A stretch of 32,122 nucleotides of DNA from NCBI GenBank assembly GCA_030433195.1, contig JAUIME010000001.1, positions 1 through 32,122 of the forward strand, in the 5' to 3' direction. Source of the stretch: a bacterium. Its GTDB lineage: Bacteria > Planctomycetota > JACOTG01 > JAUIME01. The notes below the pieces were generated by a model. It ran no database searches. It saw only the letters and a program-made list of their open reading frames with translations, and was not told where the DNA came from. The stretch's first letter is position 1; the number at the start of each line of letters is the position of its first letter. The position numbers and the translations under genes were made by a program. Shown here piece after piece: positions 27,011 to 32,122 of the stretch.

Positions 27011-28414
27011 TCAATAGGCGTTGGGCTGTCGGAAGACGATGCGGACCGTGCGGAGCATGATCCGGAAGTCGAACCAGAGCGACCAATGCTCGAGATAGTA
27101 GAGGTCGTATTGAAGGCGCTTGCGGAGCGAGGTGTTGCCGCGCCATCCGTTGACCTGCGCCCAGCCCGTGATGCCGGCCTTGATCTTGTGCCGCATCATG
27201 TATCGGGGGATCGTCTCCTTGAACGTCTGGATGAATACCGGTCGCTCGGGACGCGGGCCGACGATACTCATGTCACCGCGCAAGACGTTGAAGAACTGGG
27301 GGAGCTCGTCGAGGCTCAGGCGGCGCAGCCAACGTCCGAGCCGCGTGGGACGTGGATCGTCTTCCGTGGCCCAGGTCGCGCCGGTGTCCGCTTCGGCGTC
27401 CTCTCCCATGGTGCGGAACTTCACGATCCGGAAAATGCGGCCGTCGAAGCCCATGCGCTCTTGGACGTAGAAGACGGGGCCCTTCGAGGAGAACTTGATG
27501 AGGAGCGCGATCGCCAAGAAGAGCGGGGACAGGAGGAACAAGAGCGCGGTCGAGACGACGACGTCGACGGTGCGCTTCAGAATGCGGTTCCAGCCATCGA
27601 TCGGGCTTTCGCGAACCGCCATGACGGGGAGCCCATCGAGATCGGCCAGGTGAGGCTTGAGAGAAACGAGCCGAGGGAACTCGGGTACGAAGCGAATGTC
27701 GACCGTCTCGCGCGAGAGCGTGTCGAGCAGAGGATCGATCGCGGGATACTCTTGCAGGGGCAGCGCGATGTAGATCTGGTCGATGCGGTGCTTCTGGACC
27801 CAAGCGAGCACCTCCTCGGTCTTGCCGAGGACCGGGATGTCGAGGATCGTCTTGCCGATCCGTGAGGTCCGATCGTCGAAGAAGCCGAGGATGCGGATCC
27901 CGGTCCAAGGATTCTTGAGCAGGTGCTCGGCCGTCGTCTGGCCGAGTTTGCCGGATCCGACGATGATCACGTGACGCAGGTTCCAACCGCGGGCTCGAAC
28001 GCGTCGCAGCACGAAGCGGATGGTGATGCGCGTCATGCTGAGCAGCGCCACGTTGAACACGCAGAAGATCACGAGGACCGCGCGCGAGAACTCGAACGAA
28101 CGATAGAAGAAGCTCCCGGCCGCGAGAAGAAGGGCGGTGAGCACGGTCGCTTTGGCGATATCGACGACTTCGCGCGGAATGCGGTCCACGCGGCGCGGCA
28201 CGTAGAGGCGCTGCCAGCTGTAGGTGATGGTGCAGATGAGCAAGCAGGCTGGAATCGCGCGCAGGTACTCGGCTGCGTCGGGGATGCCGAAGGGCGTCGG
28301 GATCAGGCCGCTATGGAAGCGCAACCAGAAAGCGGCGGAGAACGCGCCGATCGTGACCACGACGTCGACCAGGAAGATCAACGTCACCAAGAGTTGGTGG
28401 TATCGCTTCAGCAT
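27011..28414 (-). CDS. Undecaprenyl-phosphate hexose-1-phosphate transferase (WcaJ/WbaP-type polyprenyl glycosylphosphotransferase)
   Basis: Four or five N-terminal TM helices, then a central Rossmann-like segment (VIIVGSGKLG). The C-terminal 'bacterial sugar transferase' domain reads KRTVDVVVSTALLFLLSPLFLAIALLIKFSSKGPVFYVQERMG, IVKFRTM, DPRPTRLGRWLRRLSLDELPQFFNVLRGDMSIVGPRP and GITGWAQVNG. Confidence 0.9.
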   Translation of the reverse strand: MLKRYHQLLVTLIFLVDVVVTIGAFSAAFWLRFHSGLIPTPFGIPDAAEYLRAIPACLLICTITYSWQRLYVPRRVDRIPREVVDIAKATVLTALLLAAGSFFYRSFEFSRAVLVIFCVFNVALLSMTRITIRFVLRRVRARGWNLRHVIIVGSGKLGQTTAEHLLKNPWTGIRILGFFDDRTSRIGKTILDIPVLGKTEEVLAWVQKHRIDQIYIALPLQEYPAIDPLLDTLSRETVDIRFVPEFPRLVSLKPHLADLDGLPVMAVRESPIDGWNRILKRTVDVVVSTALLFLLSPLFLAIALLIKFSSKGPVFYVQERMGFDGRIFRIVKFRTMGEDAEADTGATWATEDDPRPTRLGRWLRRLSLDELPQFFNVLRGDMSIVGPRPERPVFIQTFKETIPRYMMRHKIKAGITGWAQVNGWRGNTSLRKRLQYDLYYLEHWSLWFDFRIMLRTVRIVFRQPNAY

Positions 28415-28708
28415 GGTTGCGCGGACCGCCCACTCCGATCGTGAAGTGCGTGCAGGACAAGGCCGTGACGCTCGTTCGAGCGATCGACTGCGCCATGGGG
28501 AACAGTCGAATCACGAGTTTCGGCCCCGATACACGAGACCCGGCACGCGAGACCGCCACCCGCCCGTGGACGCTCTCATGCGGAAGTACGCGCCGAGTTT
28601 CGAGGCGTCGTTAGTTGTTGTTTCGAAGTACTTTGCATGGACCAGCAGGGAACGACGCTTCGCGAGGAACGTATCACAGACGCGCGGTGAGGGCAACACC
28701 CGGTTCGG

Positions 28709-28736
28709 TTGACGGTGCCCTGGCGCGCAGTATAAT
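28709..28736 (+). promoter_or_regulatory. Near-consensus sigma-70 promoter upstream of the HPr-fusion gene
   Basis: TTGACG (28709-28714), a 16-nt spacer, then a perfect TATAAT (28731-28736). This lies about 89 nt upstream of the GTG at 28825. A hexamer pair this good is conspicuous in such GC-rich DNA. Confidence 0.5.
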
Positions 28737-28824
28737 GACGGCGCGCGGGCGGCGCTGAGTCCCCCTTTTTCGCGTCTCACTTCCATCGCCCGCGAAACTC
28801 CTCTCGGTCCTTTGAGGAACCATC

Positions 28825-30138
28825 GTGTCCAGTTCAGTCGACGAGTCCCTGGCGAAGATCATCAGCGAGGAGGACTTCCGCAAGCTCCTCCAGCGGGAGA
28901 TCCAAGGCTTGTTGAGGATTCGCAACTTCCTGCAAGGCCTCAGCGGGGCCCCCACGATGAAGCGGTTCTACTCGTGCCTCATGGAAGAGGCGCGAGAGCT
29001 CAAGAACTTCCTCGATGACTTCGATGCCCGCAACAACCAGCGCTACGCCTATCTGACCGAGCTCGTATTGTCGCTCGTGAGCTTCAGCGCGGTCGGCTAC
29101 CTCGTTCGTCACGTGTTGATGCGGTATCCGCGCTACCATCTTCGTGATGATCGAGACCATTTCATCGAGTACCACAAGATGGCCGAGGAGGTTCTGTCGG
29201 GGTGCCACGGTGCGATTTTACGGTTGTTCGACGCGGTGCATCGCGAATGCGTCGAAGAGCTTGAGATTCGGATTCCCGAAGACCGCGTCGACGAGGCGAG
29301 CTTCACGGACCCGTTGCCGCGCATGCACTTGCCGCATACCGTCGACGATGCCGACGAGAAGGTCGAGAGCGGCGAAGCGCCGATGGTCGCGACGATGTTC
29401 CTGCAGTTGGCCGACCAATTTGAGCACCTCGTCGTGTCCAGCGATCTCGAACCAGGGGCAATTGTCGAGTTCTTGGCCGAGCAATGCACGGAAGACCATC
29501 TTCGGCGGTGGGAGGCGCAGATCTACGTCGTCCAGCGCAAGTACGACACCGTCATCAAGGGGTCGCCGATCGAAGGGAGAGAGGACCGCGTGCGCGCGCT
29601 TCGCGGCCATATCTCCATGGTACTACACCACTTCGAGATGGTTCGGTACCAATCGCATTTCCTCGAGCATCTGCGAGAAGGAATCCGGTGCCGACTGTCC
29701 GCCGGTAAGCTCGGTGAGGTCATCGAGTGGGATGCGCTCGTGCGTCAGCTCTACGAATTCTCGTTCGGGAAGGCCTTGCACTACATCAAGCAGGGCCGCG
29801 AGCTCGCGAAAGAGATTCTGGGGAAGTACACGAACGTCCTCGAGCGCGAACTCGAAGTTCCGGGCGACGTCGTGCTGCATGCTCGCCCAGCCTCGTTGAT
29901 CGTCGGGATCGTGAACTACCACGGTACCCCCGTGTCTCTGCGCGTGGAAGGCGAGACGTGCGACGCGAGCTCGATGATCCAGGTCATGATGACTGTCGGG
30001 CGGCATTCCGAGGCGCGGGCCGTCACGTTCCTCGGTGATGAGAAGCCCCTCGACCACCTCGAGCTCCTCTTCCGGCACCGTCTCGGCGAAGGCGGACTCG
30101 ACGGGCTCCCGAGTGAGCTCGAGTACCTTCGCGGCTGA
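28825..30138 (+). CDS. Uncharacterised helical N-terminal domain (about 340 aa) fused to a C-terminal HPr-family phosphocarrier domain
   Basis: The GTG start is preceded by GAGGAA. The C-terminal 95 aa (nt 29851-30135) read LEVPGDVVLHARPASLIVGIVNYHGTPVSLRVEGETCDASSMIQVMMTVGRHSEARAVTFLGDEKPLDHLELLF. This shows the HPr His-site motif (LHARPA) and a Ser 31 residues later followed by MIQVMMTVG (compare S-I-M-G-V-M-S-L-G). I recognise no motif in the N-terminal part. Confidence 0.8.
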   Translation: MSSSVDESLAKIISEEDFRKLLQREIQGLLRIRNFLQGLSGAPTMKRFYSCLMEEARELKNFLDDFDARNNQRYAYLTELVLSLVSFSAVGYLVRHVLMRYPRYHLRDDRDHFIEYHKMAEEVLSGCHGAILRLFDAVHRECVEELEIRIPEDRVDEASFTDPLPRMHLPHTVDDADEKVESGEAPMVATMFLQLADQFEHLVVSSDLEPGAIVEFLAEQCTEDHLRRWEAQIYVVQRKYDTVIKGSPIEGREDRVRALRGHISMVLHHFEMVRYQSHFLEHLREGIRCRLSAGKLGEVIEWDALVRQLYEFSFGKALHYIKQGRELAKEILGKYTNVLERELEVPGDVVLHARPASLIVGIVNYHGTPVSLRVEGETCDASSMIQVMMTVGRHSEARAVTFLGDEKPLDHLELLFRHRLGEGGLDGLPSELEYLRG

Positions 30139-30271
30139 GCAAGTCTCGAAACGTGGGATTGCCCGGGGCCGTTCTTCGGCCAGCTCGATCCCCCGTTCCG
30201 ATCCGTCGCGATCCGCCAGCTCGATGCACCGTCGTGATCCGCGAGCTCGATCCGCGAGTCCGCCGCTAAGG

Positions 30272-31003
30272 CTATTGGCCGACTTTCAAACGTTCGCCGA
30301 GAATCGTCGGGAGGCCCGCATCGATGATCTTTCGGGCCGCCGCGTCGACATCGTAGGGGACGCGATGGCGGACGATGCGCTTCTCGTCGGAGTCGTAGAC
30401 CACGCACGACGCATCCGGATTCTGGTCACGCGGCTGTCCGACGCTTCCGACGTTGACGAGCGCCTTGTCGAACGGTTCGAGGCGGACGTCGGGATCGATC
30501 GTCACGAGCAGATTGTGCGCGGCAAGAAACGTGATGGGTACGTGCGAGTGCCCGAAGAAGCACAGGGTCGGACCTCCTTCAGGCATCGCGCCGAGGCAAC
30601 CCTCGGCCTCCTCCCATGACATCACGTACTCGAACTGCTCAGGGTGGTCCAACGAGCTATGGACGAGAATGAAGTCGTCGATCGTGCGGGTCAGCGGTAG
30701 CTCGGTGAGGCTCTCGAGATCGGCGGGGGAGAGACGCTCGCGCGTCCATAGGATCGCGGTCCGCGCGGTGTCGTTGAAGTAGGTGATGTCGAGGGCCCCC
30801 GCCGCCGCGAGGTCGTGATTGCCGGCAACCGACTGGACGTTGCGGTCCCGAAGCCGAGCGAGGCATTCGGTAGGCTGAGCCCCGTAGCCGACGATGTCGC
30901 CGATGCACAGGATGCGGTCGAGGCGCTCAGCGTCGAGCCGATCGAGGACCGCATCGAGCGCGTCGAGGTTGGCGTGAATGTCACCGATGATTCCGTAGCG
31001 CAC
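30272..31003 (-). CDS. Calcineurin-like metallophosphoesterase (YfcE/MJ0936-like family)
   Basis: RYGIIGDIHANLDALDAVL (motif I, GDxH), ILCIGDIVGYG (GDxxD-type), VAGNHD (GNHD), GHSHVP and VNVGSVGQPRD. I prefer the GTG at 31001-31003, with GGGAG 7 nt upstream. The 60 extra codons of the tracked ORF (to 31183) look non-coding. Confidence 0.8.
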   Translation of the reverse strand: MRYGIIGDIHANLDALDAVLDRLDAERLDRILCIGDIVGYGAQPTECLARLRDRNVQSVAGNHDLAAAGALDITYFNDTARTAILWTRERLSPADLESLTELPLTRTIDDFILVHSSLDHPEQFEYVMSWEEAEGCLGAMPEGGPTLCFFGHSHVPITFLAAHNLLVTIDPDVRLEPFDKALVNVGSVGQPRDQNPDASCVVYDSDEKRIVRHRVPYDVDAAARKIIDAGLPTILGERLKVGQ

Positions 31004-31210
31004 CGCATGCTCCCGAGCTGCTCGAAGGAAGGTGGAAGAGAGAGTCGAACCCGGTTCATCGTGCGATCCGTGCGGATTTGCGATGAAGCGCGATACGACG
31101 TTGTGCCCTTGCCTGAAGACGGGTTCGCAGGGCCGCAACCCGCGTATGGGCCACACAGTACGCCTCGTGGGGTGTTTCTGCAACGCCCTAGCGTCGGAAA
31201 CGTCGATTCG

Positions 31211-31969
31211 TCAGGTTCTACGAATCGCGTTCACCGTCAAGGCGAGGCAAACGAAGAGCATGGATTGGGCGCACGCGAGGCCGAACGAGTCGAAGGACGA
31301 GACGTGACCTGCGCCGGTGGGCCGCGCCAGTTGCGAGAGCGTGAAGTCGGGCCACAGAAAGAAGAGCGCCCCGAGGCGCGAGGCTACCCAAGGAGTGCCG
31401 ACAAGACTTGCGGCCACGAGCGCCAGGCACAGCGGGGCCGCAATGGCCGGACGAACCACGGTCGAGACGAGGCAAGAAAGCGTCGCAACGAGCATCACGA
31501 AGCCGAGCGCTCGAATCGCAAGTTCTCCCCAGCCGACGGCCAGAGAAGAAGGAGGCGGTGTGACGATGCAAGCGACACCGCTCGAGAGGCACCAAACGAC
31601 GATTCCGATCGAGACGGACGCGATGATCCCGGCAAGCGGAATCGATGCGATCGACCGAAGGCGCATCTCCATCAGCGGGGCCGGTCGGCTCCTGTGGAGT
31701 TGATGACAGTACATCCCGAGGAGAGCTGTGACTCCAGCGCTCATCCAGGCGAAGTCGAGGGCCACGCTTCGCGTCATGCTCGAGGGCGCGTCGATCCAGA
31801 AGACGGTCGACTGAGGCGCGAGCACCGTGAGGGCCAGGAACGTCGCGACCATCCAGAACAGCGCGCGCGCCCTGAGAATCCCAGATGTCTCGGCTACCGT
31901 AAGTACGCAGATTTCACGAAACAGGGCCCAACCCTCGAAGGAACTCGTCAGGGATTCACTTGCCGGCAT
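31211..31969 (-). CDS. Hypothetical polytopic membrane protein (about 6 predicted TM segments)
   Basis: Hydrophobic stretches include ALFWMVATFLALTVLAP, VALDFAWMSAGVTALLGMY, IPLAGIIASVSIGIVVWCL, LGFVMLVATLSCLVSTVV, APLCLALVAASLVG and LACAQSMLFVCLALTV. I chose the internal ATG at 31967-31969 because the preceding 46 codons are P/S/R/H-rich. No family was recognised. Confidence 0.45.
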   Translation of the reverse strand: MPASESLTSSFEGWALFREICVLTVAETSGILRARALFWMVATFLALTVLAPQSTVFWIDAPSSMTRSVALDFAWMSAGVTALLGMYCHQLHRSRPAPLMEMRLRSIASIPLAGIIASVSIGIVVWCLSSGVACIVTPPPSSLAVGWGELAIRALGFVMLVATLSCLVSTVVRPAIAAPLCLALVAASLVGTPWVASRLGALFFLWPDFTLSQLARPTGAGHVSSFDSFGLACAQSMLFVCLALTVNAIRRT

Positions 31970-32122
31970 GGTAGCAAGTGCCGAATGGCGTTGGTTCGGG
32001 TGGCACCCCTTCGGCAGTCTCGACGATGTCGACGGGCGTGGGTGATGGTTGGTCGGCGGGGATCGAGAGGAGGGGACGAGCAACCCCGATCTCTCGAGGG
32101 TGAGCATTCGCGTGGTGCGCCC

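Noticed and set aside
28799-28818. 5-bp stem (TCCTC ... GAGGA, 10-nt loop) that would sequester the Shine-Dalgarno of the HPr-fusion gene, and a T5 run at 28766-28770 in the leader
   Set aside because: The stem is too short and weak to claim a riboswitch or thermosensor. No convincing hairpin precedes the T run.
28825-30138. Visibly lower GC in the HPr-fusion gene as evidence of horizontal acquisition. My hand counts gave 32/60 and 34/60 G+C for lines 29101 and 29641, versus 46/60 for line 20461.
   Set aside because: These are only spot counts. Core genes such as gyrB also show locally lower GC (for example the line starting 12721). There are no flanking mobility genes, tRNA or direct repeats. 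This is not enough to call an island.
30139-30271. Cluster of short direct repeats (gatccgc x4, agctcgat x3) and GATC sites between the convergent HPr-fusion and phosphoesterase genes. I considered a mini-CRISPR, a Dam-site cluster or a bidirectional terminator.
   Set aside because: The repeats are only 7-10 bp, irregularly spaced and without spacers of uniform length. 'cgatc/gatcc' strings are frequent throughout this window. The only hairpin (GGCCG-TTCTT-CGGCC, about 30166-30180) is 5 bp and has no U-tract.

Overview
High-GC chromosomal window from a diderm (LPS-making) bacterium. It covers the replication-origin neighbourhood and is almost entirely housekeeping. I saw no transposases, integrases, CRISPR arrays, tRNA or rRNA genes.

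Left to right:
- A minus-strand block: a partial exported thioredoxin-fold-like protein, trxA, scpA and an M50 protease.
- A tight plus-strand LPS operon: kdsD, kdsC, a giant 1051-aa LptC/LptA-like protein, then lptD. tatA follows.
- A 17-kb run of co-directional minus-strand genes: gyrB, DUF721/DciA-like, dnaN, a candidate oriC in the 765-bp dnaN-dnaA spacer, dnaA, a NifS/IscS-type cysteine desulfurase, bshA, bshB, bshC, a SAM methyltransferase abutting bshC, pyrF, trpG/pabA, a DUF502 membrane protein, a group-2-like sigma-70 factor, and a WcaJ-type sugar-phosphate transferase.
- The right end: an orphan plus-strand gene with an HPr phosphocarrier domain fused behind about 340 aa of unknown function, a convergent metallophosphoesterase, and a polytopic membrane protein.

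The most interesting items:
1. The HPr-fusion protein.
2. The multi-module Lpt bridge-like giant protein.
3. The methyltransferase coupled to the complete bacillithiol operon.
4. A sigma factor whose conserved N-terminus lies upstream of any ATG/GTG/TTG.
5. The DnaA-box cluster plus AT-rich element.

The many long ORFs antisense to real genes are high-GC shadow ORFs. All functional calls come from motif recognition by eye, and no database search was run.
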